Assembly: GCA_046331705.1 (NCBI GenBank)
Contig: JAXLQJ010000027.1
Coordinates: 1-64,000, forward strand
DNA: 64,000 nucleotides
Reading direction: 5' to 3'
Source of the DNA: a bacterium
Lineage (GTDB): Bacteria > JADJOY01
Below, one piece after another: positions 42,291 through 52,100 of this stretch. The translations under genes and the position numbers were made by a program. How positions within the stretch are numbered: position 1 is the first letter of the stretch; each line of letters begins with the position of its first letter. The notes under the pieces were generated by a model, which was not told where the DNA came from, made no database searches, and saw only the letters and a list, made by a program, of their open reading frames with translations.

Positions 42291-44144
42291 TCACTCGATC
42301 GCGGCCGGCGCGGCTACATCGCGTCGCAGCGCGTACACGGTGGCGTTCGCGTCGCCGTAGACTCGCTCGAAGAACCGCGCTGCTTCGGGGTCGTCGTCGA
42401 TCGGTAGCCTCAGCGTCTTCGCGGCCGGCACGAGCAGATGATCGGCGCCGAGGGCGCGGAGCTCGCGCGCCAGTGCCGCCGCGTCGCCGGACGCGGCGAT
42501 CACCCGGGCGTAGCTCGCCGGTCCCACCCAATCCCCTTGGAATCGACCGGCGGCGAAGTCGACCATCCGCTCGGCCTCGAGCGCCCACAGCGAGTAGTCG
42601 CTGCCGTGGGTGCGGTCGAGCCACGCGATCGCCGCGTGGAGTGGAAGGCTGCGCGAGAGGTAGCGTTCGCGCGCGGCGGCGTCGACCGGCAGCGCGCCGT
42701 TGCGAGCGACGGTGAAGAGGCCGTACGCCCAGCCGGGCGCGACGCACGCGATCAGCAGCACCCGCGTCAGGCGCCGCGCCCACGCCCGCGTCGCCGTCCA
42801 CGTGACGATCGTTCCCGCGCTCGCGAGACTCGCGAGCGGCAGCACCATCACCAGGTAGCCCGAGTTCCGAGGCAGCCACGAGCAGCAGAGCGCGTACGCC
42901 GCGGTGATGCCGAGCCAGCCTCGTAGCCGAGCGTCGCGGACCGCGGCGATCACCGCCAGCGGCAGCGCCAGTGCGTACACGGGGGAAAGCGGCGGTAGCC
43001 ACGAGAGCGCGCGGCGCGAGAACACCATGTCCCAGGGAAGCCGCACCGCGCGCAGCAGCCGCTCGAGGAGGGAAACCGCGGGCTCCGCGCCTGCCTGCCA
43101 CGGGTTGGCACCGAAGACGGAGGTCGCGTAGGGGAAGAGCGGGTTGCCGGTCGCGAGCCAGATCTGGCCGTACCACGGAGCGAGCGCCGCGATCGCGACG
43201 GCGGCGAAGAGCGCCGCGACACGGCATCGTGCGCCGCGGCGGGTCGCGCCGCCGCGCGGCGCCATCACGAGTAGCGCCACGACGGCGAGCACGTAGAGGC
43301 CGAGATACTTCACATCCGCGGCGCTCGCCGCCAGCGCCGCGGAGATCACGACCCAACGCCGATCGGCCGAGGCGCGCCAGCGTTCCGCGGCGAAGAGCGC
43401 TCCGGTCGCGAAGAGGGTGAGCGGCCCCTCCACGTGGCAGACCGCCGCCAGGTAGGCGACCAGCGGATTGCCGAGCAACATCGCGGCCGCGAGCAGGCCG
43501 GCCCTGGGCGCTTCCGGAAAGGCGCGCCGGCCCCATGCCACGAGCCACGCCGCCGTCACCGCGAGACAGAGGACGCCGACACCGCGCGCCGCGACGTCGG
43601 GACCCAGCAACATCGTCGCCGCGAACAGCACCTCGGCCGCTTGCGGAAACACCGGGAACCGCAAGTCCGCCAGAAACGGCAGGCGTCCGGTCGCGACGAA
43701 CGCCCGCGCGAAAGGCAGGTGGTACATCGTCGCGTCGAACGCGGTATCGGGGTAGAGCGCGGGAGCCACGAAGGGCGTCGCAAGGAGCAGCGCGGCGATG
43801 GGCCACGCGGCTGGGTTGCCCGGTCTCGTCGCGGCGAGTCGCCACGCCGCGAGCCCACGGCGCCATCCCGCGTGGTTCCAGACGTGGATGGCGAGCCCGA
43901 GCGCGAGCACCGCTGGGCGCGACAAGCCGCCCACGAGCCCGAGCAACCCGAGCGCGTGCGCGAGCGCCGCGAGCCCGAGCGTGAAGGCGAGCGCAAGCCG
44001 TTCGAGGGGGTCCTGAGCCGCGAGCCGCGACACCTCCAGCAGCCGGCGGCCGAGCGCCCACGCCGTTGCGGCCACGAGCCCGAGCGCGAGCGCGAATCCG
44101 CCCATCAGGCGCATCAGCGCGAGGAAGTCGACGGGGTCGATCAT
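42291..44144 (-). CDS. GT-C/ArnT-like multi-TM glycosyltransferase
   Basis: FDATMYHLP, VKYLGL, PWY..W..TGNPLFPY, many TM helices. Confidence 0.7.
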   Translation of the reverse strand: MIDPVDFLALMRLMGGFALALGLVAATAWALGRRLLEVSRLAAQDPLERLALAFTLGLAALAHALGLLGLVGGLSRPAVLALGLAIHVWNHAGWRRGLAAWRLAATRPGNPAAWPIAALLLATPFVAPALYPDTAFDATMYHLPFARAFVATGRLPFLADLRFPVFPQAAEVLFAATMLLGPDVAARGVGVLCLAVTAAWLVAWGRRAFPEAPRAGLLAAAMLLGNPLVAYLAAVCHVEGPLTLFATGALFAAERWRASADRRWVVISAALAASAADVKYLGLYVLAVVALLVMAPRGGATRRGARCRVAALFAAVAIAALAPWYGQIWLATGNPLFPYATSVFGANPWQAGAEPAVSLLERLLRAVRLPWDMVFSRRALSWLPPLSPVYALALPLAVIAAVRDARLRGWLGITAAYALCCSWLPRNSGYLVMVLPLASLASAGTIVTWTATRAWARRLTRVLLIACVAPGWAYGLFTVARNGALPVDAAARERYLSRSLPLHAAIAWLDRTHGSDYSLWALEAERMVDFAAGRFQGDWVGPASYARVIAASGDAAALARELRALGADHLLVPAAKTLRLPIDDDPEAARFFERVYGDANATVYALRRDVAAPAAIE

Positions 44145-44299
44145 CGCTCGGGTCGCTCGCTGGGACCGGCCGGCGGGGGCGAGGCCCTGCTCCGCGTCGA
44201 GTCGGGACGTCGTTCGCTCGGCGCGTTGGTCCGGCGAATCCGAATGCACCGGTCGTTGCGTAGGGGGAGCGGAGACGGATAATCCATGGCCCTCGACGC

Positions 44300-45352
44300 A
44301 TGAAACGATTCGCGTTCCTTCCGTTCCTGATCGTGTCGCTCGCCGGCGGCCGTCCGGCCGTCGCTGCGGATGCCTGCGATCCGCGCACGGGCAGCGCACC
44401 GGCCGAGGTCTTTCTCGGGCCCCATGGCGAGCAGTTCTATCCCGAGAACGACTCCTGCCCCGATCACATCGTGCCGCCGAGCTGCGTCGGCGGCACTCGA
44501 CTCACCTACCGCGACGAGCGCGATCCCCTGGGTCTCGTTCGTTACGCGTGCGTCAGCACGACGGACACGACCCGCGCGCTGCCGCTCCTGGTGTTCCTGC
44601 ATCCGTCGCGCATCGACTCGGTGGACTACGTGTTCGGGGGTTCGAACGGCCGGCGTCCCGCGACCGAGCTGCTCGAGCGCGCGGCCACGGACACGCTCGG
44701 ACGTGGTCGAGGCTACGTGTTGCTGGCGCCGCAGGGTCGCTGCCTGCGCGCTCCCTCCGAATCGTCGGGCGACGGGGTGCGGTTCGACGTCTTCTACAAG
44801 GACCGCGACCAGAACCTCGACATTCGCGCCATCCGCGCCTTCATCCAGCAGGTCCGCGCGCGGCGCACCGTGGACGAGCAGGGGCGAGCGGTCGCGCTCG
44901 ATTCGGTGCTGCCGCCGATCGACGGCAAGCGGATCTATCTCATGGATTGGTCGAACGGCGGTTACATGGCTCATCTGCTGGCGCTGCTGTGGCCGAAGGA
45001 GTTCGCCGCGGCGGCCTCCTTCGCCGGCGCGGACCCGTTCGCGCGACCGCCGTGCCCGATTCCGTATCCGAGCGTCGAGCGCAAGCCGCCGATCGCGGTG
45101 GTCCACGCCGAATGCGATCCGGTGCTCGCGTGCAGCGAGGTGGAGGATTGGTTCGCCGCGCTGAGCCGTCAGGGCTGGCCATCGGCCTCGTTGCTCGACG
45201 TGGTGACGGATCCGAGCCACGTGCAGCGGGTGCGCGAGTGCCAGTCCCAGTCGGCGAGCCGCCAGCGCCAATGTCCCGCCGCAGCGCATTTCCTCTACGC
45301 CAACCCGCAGATCCCCACGATGTTCGAGTTCTTGCGGCGAGCGCACCTATGA
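44300..45352 (+). CDS. secreted alpha/beta hydrolase (esterase/PHB-depolymerase-like)
   Basis: Signal peptide; LPLLVFLHP; IDGKRIYLMDWSNGGYMA; C-terminal D and H candidates. Confidence 0.7.
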   Translation: MKRFAFLPFLIVSLAGGRPAVAADACDPRTGSAPAEVFLGPHGEQFYPENDSCPDHIVPPSCVGGTRLTYRDERDPLGLVRYACVSTTDTTRALPLLVFLHPSRIDSVDYVFGGSNGRRPATELLERAATDTLGRGRGYVLLAPQGRCLRAPSESSGDGVRFDVFYKDRDQNLDIRAIRAFIQQVRARRTVDEQGRAVALDSVLPPIDGKRIYLMDWSNGGYMAHLLALLWPKEFAAAASFAGADPFARPPCPIPYPSVERKPPIAVVHAECDPVLACSEVEDWFAALSRQGWPSASLLDVVTDPSHVQRVRECQSQSASRQRQCPAAAHFLYANPQIPTMFEFLRRAHL

Positions 45353-46803
45353 GAGCCTCGCTGCTCGGTGGCTTGCTCGCCGTTGTCGTCGCCGTCGCTG
45401 CGGGGTGCGGAGGCGACGGCGGCGCGAGCGGGCTCGGTGCGCCGCCCGCGGGTGAGTTGGTGGACGGTTCTGCGCTCGGCGACGGCCGGGTGGTGGGGGT
45501 GGGGCACGAGCGGCGCGACGGCCAGTCGCAAGCGCTGCTGGTGGTCGTCGACGGCGACGGGAATCTCGAGTGGCGCGCGGGCTTGCCTGCGATCGGCGAA
45601 GAGCGCTCGGGTCATTTCGACGCGGTCGCGGTGCCGAGCGACGGCGAGCCGCCGACGATCTACGCAGCCGGGCGGGCCATGCGCACCAGCGACCGTCGCG
45701 AGAGTGGCGTGGTGGTCGCGTTCCGCGACGACGGCGAGACGCTGTGGGAGAGCGTTCCGTGGCCGGACGGGCCGAGTGAGATCGAGGCGTTGCGCATCGT
45801 CGGCGACGATCTCTTCGTCACCGGCTTCGCCGAGGTGGCGGTCGCGGATGGGCCGAGCGCACGCGGAATGCTGGTCGCGCGCGTGGCCCGCGACAGCGGC
45901 GCGGTGGAATGGGTGGACGTGCTCGAGTCGCAGGCGGATCCGCTCGGCTTCACCGCGGGGGTGTCCATCGACGTCAGCGAGCGCGGCTACGTCGGGGCGG
46001 CGGGATTCGCGTCACCCGGCAACGGGCGCGCGGGGTGGCTCGTCGGCATGTGGAACGCGGCCGGCGAGCGGCTGTGGGAGTCACTGCGCACCGCTCCCGG
46101 AAGCGCGGATCTCGGGTGGGAGGGCGGCGATCTGAACGTCGCTCACGAGGGCCGCTTCGACGCGCAGGACGGGTTCCTGGTGATCGGCGACGTGTTCTCG
46201 GGACGCGAAGGATCCGACATGTCGTTGGTCCGCTACGCGCCGGACACGGGAGTGATCGGGTTCGAGGTGGTGCGCGGCGCGGCGCTCGCTTCGGGTGGCG
46301 CGAGCTTCGACGAGGGCACGGCGCTCGTCACCCGCGGCGAGCGTGCGTGGGTGGGCTACAGCGTCGCCAACGAGGACTCCGGGCCTGCGCTCTGGGAGGC
46401 GTTCGCGGCGCTCTACGACACGACGACTGGCGAGCGGCTGTGGGAGGTCCCGTTCGGTGGCGTCAGCGCTTCCGGCGAGACCGTTCTGGACCTGGCGCTC
46501 GACGAGGCCGGAGATCTCCACGCGGCGGGCAGCACCTCGGACGCCGGCGGTGTCGGCAAGCATTTCACGGTGGCGAGATGGGACGGCGAGGGCGAGCCGC
46601 TGTGGATCACCGAGGTCGACGTGCCGGGAAGCGACTCGCTCGACGACGACGAGGCCACGCACCTGGTGATCGAACCGTCGGGCGATGTCTGGGCGTTCGG
46701 CCGTCTGGACGCGGGTGACGGTGTGGAAGTGCCCGCGATCTGCCGCGTGGCGGCGGATGGACGGCTGCTGTGGTCGTACCCGGCGGGCGCGCGCGCCCGT
46801 TGA
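45349..46803 (+). CDS. acidic beta-propeller repeat lipoprotein
   Basis: Lipobox AAGC; repeated D..G..LW blades; ATGA overlap with upstream gene. Confidence 0.7.
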   Translation: MRASLLGGLLAVVVAVAAGCGGDGGASGLGAPPAGELVDGSALGDGRVVGVGHERRDGQSQALLVVVDGDGNLEWRAGLPAIGEERSGHFDAVAVPSDGEPPTIYAAGRAMRTSDRRESGVVVAFRDDGETLWESVPWPDGPSEIEALRIVGDDLFVTGFAEVAVADGPSARGMLVARVARDSGAVEWVDVLESQADPLGFTAGVSIDVSERGYVGAAGFASPGNGRAGWLVGMWNAAGERLWESLRTAPGSADLGWEGGDLNVAHEGRFDAQDGFLVIGDVFSGREGSDMSLVRYAPDTGVIGFEVVRGAALASGGASFDEGTALVTRGERAWVGYSVANEDSGPALWEAFAALYDTTTGERLWEVPFGGVSASGETVLDLALDEAGDLHAAGSTSDAGGVGKHFTVARWDGEGEPLWITEVDVPGSDSLDDDEATHLVIEPSGDVWAFGRLDAGDGVEVPAICRVAADGRLLWSYPAGARAR

Positions 46804-46825
46804 GCGATCCCGCCGCGTCCGCCGC

Positions 46826-48919
46826 TCACACCGCGGTGTGCGGCCGCGGATCCCGCGTCGAGGCGCGGGCGCCCCCGATCAGCGCGATCGCCGCGTCCAC
46901 CGCCTCGTGGGTGCCGGCGATCGCGAGCACGTCCCCGATCGCGAGCCGCTCGTGCGCCGTGGGCAGCGTGATGCCCGCTTCACCGCGGGTGATGGCGAGG
47001 ACGGTGGCGCCCGTTCGTCCGCGCAGATCGAGCGTCGCCAGCGTCTCGCCCACCGCCGCGCTGGTCGCCGTCAGCTCGACGGTGCTCAGCGCGCCGAGGC
47101 CCGGTACCAAGTCCTTGACGCGATCCAGCGCATGCTCGGCGGCGGGACGGGCGCCCGCGCGCGCCTGCGCGACCAGCGCCTCGACGATCACCTGTGCCCC
47201 CGCGCGCACGTGCCCCTGGAGGTTGGTCGCGCTGCGCCAGAACCCGAGCGCCAGCGCCAGCAGGATGGCGACCATCAGCGCCGCGCCCTCGAAGCCCGGC
47301 AGGAACGGCTGGGTGATGGCGAGCATCGGTGCGCCGACGATCAAGAGCATCGCAAGCTGGATCGTCACCACCAGCGCGCGGCGCGGCGCGGCGGCGAGGT
47401 CGAGACGCCCGGGCTCGCTCGGTGGCAACGATTGCTCGGCGAGCTCGTGGCCGAGCCGGGCGACGATGCGAAACAGGCCGACGGCGAACGGCGTCGCGAG
47501 CAGGCCCGCTCCGACGAGCACGAGCACGTAGCCGACGGAGTCGCCGATGCCGAGGTGGTGCGCCAGGAACGCCGCGTCCGTCTCGATGGTGGCCGAAGTG
47601 GCCACGACCAAGAGCCCGAGCCCCGTGGAGTCGACGAGCAGCAGCTTGATCAGGCGGCGCAATGCGGCGTTGGCGGCGTTGCTGCGCCCTCCCGAGCGCA
47701 GCTGCTCGACCCAGCTCGCGTAGAGCGCCGCGAAGGTCTGCAACGGGCGCGGCAGCTTGCGATCGATCCACAGCGCGGCGGGCCCGGAAGCGCGGATCAG
47801 TCCCGGCGTGGTCAGCGTGGTGAGCGCCGAGACCGAAACCGCGATCGGATAGAGAAAGTCACCGACGGCACCGAGCTGGGTGCCGAGGCTCGCGATGATG
47901 AACGAGAACTCGCCGATCTGCGCCAGGCTCATGCCCGCTTGCACGGAGGTGCGCGTGCCGTTGCCCGTGAGGAAGGCGCCGACGGTGACGTTCGCCACCT
48001 TGCCGACGATCACGACCGCGGTGAGCGTGAGCACCGCCACCCAATGGCGCAGCAGCACCGCGGGTTCGATCATCATCCCCACCGACACGAAGAAGATCGC
48101 CGCGAAGACGTCGCGCAGCGGCAGCACCAGGTGCTCGACGACGCTCTCCTCGCCCGACTCGGCCACCAGCGAGCCCGCGATGAACGCCCCCAGCGCCACC
48201 GAGTAGCCGAGCTCCAGCGCGGCCAGCGCGCACGCGAAGCAGATGCCGATGCTGGCCACCAGCGTGGTCTCGGCGCGGTTCAGCCGCACGATCGCGCGGA
48301 TGGTTCGTGGCACCGCGAGCAGGCCCACGGTGAGCAGCACGATCAGGAAGGCGCCCAGACGGCCGCTCGACTTCGCGATGGTCGCGGCGCTGAGGCTCTC
48401 GCCGCTGGCGAGCGCCGTGAGCGTCGCCATGAGCAACACGGCGATGAGGTCCTCGACGACCAGCACGCCCACCACCAGATCGCGCAATCGGCCCGCGATG
48501 CGCTGCTCCTCGAATGCCTTGGCGATGATGGTGGTGCTCGCGATGGCGACGATCGCGCCCGTGAACACGGCCTCGCGCGGCGTCCATCCGAACGCGCGTC
48601 CCGCGACGTAGCCCAGCCACATCATCAAGCTGCACTCGATCACCGCCGTGAGCATCGCGGCAGCACCCACCTCGAGCAGCTTGCGCAAGCTGAACTCGAG
48701 GCCGAGCGAGAACATGAGCAGGATCACGCCGAGCTCGGAGAGCGTCTGGACCACGGCCCGATCCGCCACCAGCGGCACCGGGACGTGGGGACCCACCAGC
48801 AATCCCGCGAGGATGTAGCCGAGCACCACCGGCTGCCGTAGGTACTGGAAGAGCACGGTGGTGATGCCCGCCGTGCACATCACGATGGTCAGCGCCTTCA
48901 GGAAGTCGTGCGCGTTCAT
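46826..48919 (-). CDS. CPA2 cation:proton antiporter with C-terminal TrkA-C domain
   Basis: ELGVILLMFSLGLEFS, GVLVVEDL, QIGEFSFII, LRGRTGATVLAI.R. Confidence 0.92.
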   Translation of the reverse strand: MNAHDFLKALTIVMCTAGITTVLFQYLRQPVVLGYILAGLLVGPHVPVPLVADRAVVQTLSELGVILLMFSLGLEFSLRKLLEVGAAAMLTAVIECSLMMWLGYVAGRAFGWTPREAVFTGAIVAIASTTIIAKAFEEQRIAGRLRDLVVGVLVVEDLIAVLLMATLTALASGESLSAATIAKSSGRLGAFLIVLLTVGLLAVPRTIRAIVRLNRAETTLVASIGICFACALAALELGYSVALGAFIAGSLVAESGEESVVEHLVLPLRDVFAAIFFVSVGMMIEPAVLLRHWVAVLTLTAVVIVGKVANVTVGAFLTGNGTRTSVQAGMSLAQIGEFSFIIASLGTQLGAVGDFLYPIAVSVSALTTLTTPGLIRASGPAALWIDRKLPRPLQTFAALYASWVEQLRSGGRSNAANAALRRLIKLLLVDSTGLGLLVVATSATIETDAAFLAHHLGIGDSVGYVLVLVGAGLLATPFAVGLFRIVARLGHELAEQSLPPSEPGRLDLAAAPRRALVVTIQLAMLLIVGAPMLAITQPFLPGFEGAALMVAILLALALGFWRSATNLQGHVRAGAQVIVEALVAQARAGARPAAEHALDRVKDLVPGLGALSTVELTATSAAVGETLATLDLRGRTGATVLAITRGEAGITLPTAHERLAIGDVLAIAGTHEAVDAAIALIGGARASTRDPRPHTAV

Positions 48920-48949
48920 GCGGTCGCTCGGCGGTCGCGGGATCCGGCG

Positions 48950-49972
48950 TCACGCGCTTCGCGCCCTGACCCCCGCGACGTCGTCGTCCGGTCGCGCGCT
49001 GCCGAGCGCGCGGTCGCTGGCACTTCCGCCCACGGCGAGCCAGAGCCAGAGCACCAGGCCCAAGCTCAGGCCCAGCACGATCTTCGCCGCCGGCGGGTAT
49101 TCCGGAGACGGCGAGACGAAGCCTTCCACCAGACCCGCGAGCGCGAGTGTCGGGATGAGGCCGGTGACGATTCGCACCGCGTCGCCCCCGTTCCGCGCCA
49201 GCGCGGCCTTGCGGGTGGCCCAGCCGGGCGCGACGAGCGCATCGCCGAGCAGCAGCCCGGCGCCGCCCGCGAGGCATACCGCGCTCAGCTCCACGACGCC
49301 GTGGCCGACGACGAAGATCCCGAGGCGCGCGGCGAGCCCGTAGTGTCGATAGAAGGCGAAGATGATCCCGAGCTGGATCCCGTTGAACGCCAGCAGCGCG
49401 ATCGAGCCGACGCCGAACAGGAGCCCCGCGGCGAACGTGGTGAAGACCACCGCGATGTTGTTGGTGGCGATGCGGCTCGAGAGCCAGCTCGAGGGCGCCA
49501 CGGAGAGGATCTCGTCGGTGTGCACCTTGCCCGACTCGGCGGCCTCCACCAGCTCGTCCGGGACCAGCGCCCGCGCCAGCTCCGGTCGCGCGATCCCCAC
49601 CGCGTACGCGATCAGCGCCGGCCCGAAGAGCAGCGCGGCGGCAGCGGCCACGTGGCGGATGCGCGCGCGCACCGTGCGCGGAACGTCGGTGATCAGCGCC
49701 TGGCGCGCGTCGCGCCAGCGCTGGGCCCGCCCGCGATAGACGACGTTGTGCAGCCGCGCGACCTGACGCTCCAGGTCGCGCAGCAGCTGGCTCTCGGGGA
49801 AGCGCGCCTGCGCCAGCGCCAGGTCCGAGACCATGCGCCGATAGCCGAGCGCCAGCTCGTCGAGGGCCGCCTTGTCGAGCTCGCGGAAGCGGCTCTTCTC
49901 GGCGCGCGCGGCGAGCGCCTGGACGCGGTCCCAATCCGCCGCGCGCTCGACGAGAAACCGTTGCGCGTTCAC
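48950..49972 (-). CDS. stage II sporulation protein M (SpoIIM) family membrane protein
   Basis: F...R..DW..., TNNIAV, NGIQLG, HGVVELSA, AGLVEGFVSP; GTG start. Confidence 0.88.
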   Translation of the reverse strand: MNAQRFLVERAADWDRVQALAARAEKSRFRELDKAALDELALGYRRMVSDLALAQARFPESQLLRDLERQVARLHNVVYRGRAQRWRDARQALITDVPRTVRARIRHVAAAAALLFGPALIAYAVGIARPELARALVPDELVEAAESGKVHTDEILSVAPSSWLSSRIATNNIAVVFTTFAAGLLFGVGSIALLAFNGIQLGIIFAFYRHYGLAARLGIFVVGHGVVELSAVCLAGGAGLLLGDALVAPGWATRKAALARNGGDAVRIVTGLIPTLALAGLVEGFVSPSPEYPPAAKIVLGLSLGLVLWLWLAVGGSASDRALGSARPDDDVAGVRARSA

Positions 49973-49979
49973 GCGGCCC

Positions 49980-50732
49980 TCACGTCGCGGCGACACGCTC
50001 CAGGAACGCATCCTGCCGCGCCAGCGACAGCCGTCCCAGCAGCGCCTGTCGTTGCTCGGGCGTCGGGACGCGATCCAGCACGGTTTCCAGGATCTCGGCG
50101 CGTACGCGGATGCGCGCGTCGCGATGGAAGCCGTCCCGGCGCGCGAGGTAGTCGAGGACCAGCTCGCGGGTGGCCTCGTCGAGCGCGAGCCCGAGCAGCG
50201 CATCGCCCCACTCCTCGCTGGCCGCCGTCGGGCGGGGCGGATGGCGCACCCAGGCGACCGGCGCGCCGCGCTCGCGCACCACCAGCGTGCGCGCCACCAG
50301 GTCGCCGAGCCGGCGTCGCTCGGGCTCGCAGAACACCGCGATCAGCCCGACGCCGTAGACGCCGGGGAGCGCGTCGATCACCCGCACCAGGTTCCGCGCC
50401 AGCACCGAGACCCAGGTCACGGGATAGCCGCCGGCACGCACCACGCGGATGCCCACCAGGCGCTTTCCCGGTGTTTGGCCGCTCCACGCGAGCTCGAACG
50501 CGACGAAGTAGAACCAGTGGATCGCGAACACGCCCACGATCCAGACGGCGGGGGCGATCTCCGAGGCGTCGCTCAGCAGATAGGTGAACGCGACGAAGCC
50601 GAGCCCCAGGACGACGTACTGGACGAGCGTGTCGACCGTCATCGCCAGCGCGCGCGCGCCGACATCGGCGAGCTCGTAGCTGAAGCGGACGCTCTCCGGC
50701 GTCTCGATCGCGAGCCGCGCCGGAGAGGCCAT
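49980..50732 (-). CDS. RDD family protein
   Basis: IETPE.V...ELA..GAR..A..VD, GQTPGKR..GIRVV, RRLGDLVARTLVV. Confidence 0.9.
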   Translation of the reverse strand: MASPARLAIETPESVRFSYELADVGARALAMTVDTLVQYVVLGLGFVAFTYLLSDASEIAPAVWIVGVFAIHWFYFVAFELAWSGQTPGKRLVGIRVVRAGGYPVTWVSVLARNLVRVIDALPGVYGVGLIAVFCEPERRRLGDLVARTLVVRERGAPVAWVRHPPRPTAASEEWGDALLGLALDEATRELVLDYLARRDGFHRDARIRVRAEILETVLDRVPTPEQRQALLGRLSLARQDAFLERVAAT

Positions 50733-50799
50733 GCGTGACTCCGGTGGCCTCAGTGCTCGCGGCGCGCCGCGGAGGACGCGCCGCCGCGCCTTCGTGCGC

Positions 50800-51813
50800 T
50801 CATTCGCGGGTCACCGTGAGCATGCTGTTGAGCGACCGCGCGCGTTCGCGCGATTGCGAGAGCAGCCCGAGAAGCTGGTAGGGATGGTTCGCCCACATCG
50901 AGCCGAAGCTGCCGTTGGCGACGTAGAGCGGCTCGAATTGCGAGTAGTCGAGGAAGTCGCGGACGATGCTCTGCGCCAGCGAGGTGGCGTTTCGTTCGGC
51001 GAGGACGGGCGCGAAGTCGCGCAGCACCGCTTCCATGATCTCGTGGTAGCCGAACGCGACGCCCTGCGCGTAGTAGAACTGGTCGTCGATCTCGCTCCAC
51101 GGGACCTCGGCCTGCATCAGGTGGCTGCTCTGACCGCCGGGGTTGGGAGTGGCCGCGGCACCGGACATCTCCTCGGAGATGCGGGTGGTGAAGTTGCCGA
51201 CGCAATTGTAGAGCCGGGTGTTGGCGCCACCGAGGAGCGAGTTGAACTGACTGATCATCTCCATGAGGTTGTCGGCGCGCGGATAGAAGTGCGCCTGCCC
51301 GGACGCGAGGCGGGCACGATAGCGCCGCAGCGCCTCGGCACCCGCCTTGTAGCGCGCCTCGGCCGAGGGGAAGAACCAATCGCTGGGCGGGTTCGAGAAG
51401 CGCGTGTACGCCTCGTCGATGTCTGGATCGATCAAGTCGGTGGTGCGCAGCCGGGTCAGGTTGTTGCGCAGCACCAGCACGCCGTAGCGAACCGCCTCCA
51501 AGAGCCCCAGCTGGAAGTTCTGCGGGTTGTCGAGGAGCACCGTCGGCCACACGCGGTCGTTCACCAGCCACGGGCGCATGCCGTCGTCGTAGAGATGGAG
51601 CAGCGCGTCCACGTAGCCGACGCCGGGCGTCTTCTGTTCCTCCGCGACGGTCTGCGGGTCTTTCCGGGTCGCGAAGTGCGGGAAGCTGTAGTTGCGAATC
51701 ATCTCGATCGCGACGAACACGATCACGATGCCCACTGCCACGACGATCAGGTTGCGACCCTCGCCGCGGTGGTGAGAGCCGTGAATCGAAGCGCCTGCGG
51801 ATGCCGGATCCAT
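50800..51813 (-). CDS. DUF2333 family protein
   Basis: N-terminal TM; LDNPQNFQLG, WFFPSAE..Y, FYPRADNL, EVPWSEIDDQFYYAQG, NGS..ANH. Confidence 0.8.
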   Translation of the reverse strand: MDPASAGASIHGSHHRGEGRNLIVVAVGIVIVFVAIEMIRNYSFPHFATRKDPQTVAEEQKTPGVGYVDALLHLYDDGMRPWLVNDRVWPTVLLDNPQNFQLGLLEAVRYGVLVLRNNLTRLRTTDLIDPDIDEAYTRFSNPPSDWFFPSAEARYKAGAEALRRYRARLASGQAHFYPRADNLMEMISQFNSLLGGANTRLYNCVGNFTTRISEEMSGAAATPNPGGQSSHLMQAEVPWSEIDDQFYYAQGVAFGYHEIMEAVLRDFAPVLAERNATSLAQSIVRDFLDYSQFEPLYVANGSFGSMWANHPYQLLGLLSQSRERARSLNSMLTVTRE

Positions 51814-51911
51814 GGACGATGCTCCTCCTGGTCGCGGGCACGGCCGCGACGTCGGCGCTCAAAGCTAATCGAGTTCGGGCGATGCGTGGGGGACTTCGCC
51901 CGGAAAACTGC

Positions 51912-51986
51912 TGGAGCCGGCGGTCGGAATTGAACCGACGACCTGCTGATTACGAATCAGCTGCTCTGCCCCTGAGCTACGCCGGC
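51912..51986 (-). tRNA. tRNA-Thr (anticodon CGT)
   Basis: Reverse complement GCCGGCGTAGCTCAG...GCTGA-TTCGTAA-TCAGC...GTCGGTTCAATTCCGAC CGCCGGC TCCA; cloverleaf with encoded CCA. Confidence 0.96.
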
Positions 51987-52100
51987 CGGAACCTCACGCC
52001 ACTCCCTGCGTGGAGAGTGACGTGCAAGATCGAGGAAGCTATCGTTCGCGGAATTCCGGCGTCAAGCGAATCGCGGCGAAAGTCGTGGAGGATCGTGGCG

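Noticed and set aside
51912-51986. tRNA-Thr as an island integration site
   Set aside because: No duplicated tRNA 3' end or integrase noticed in the window
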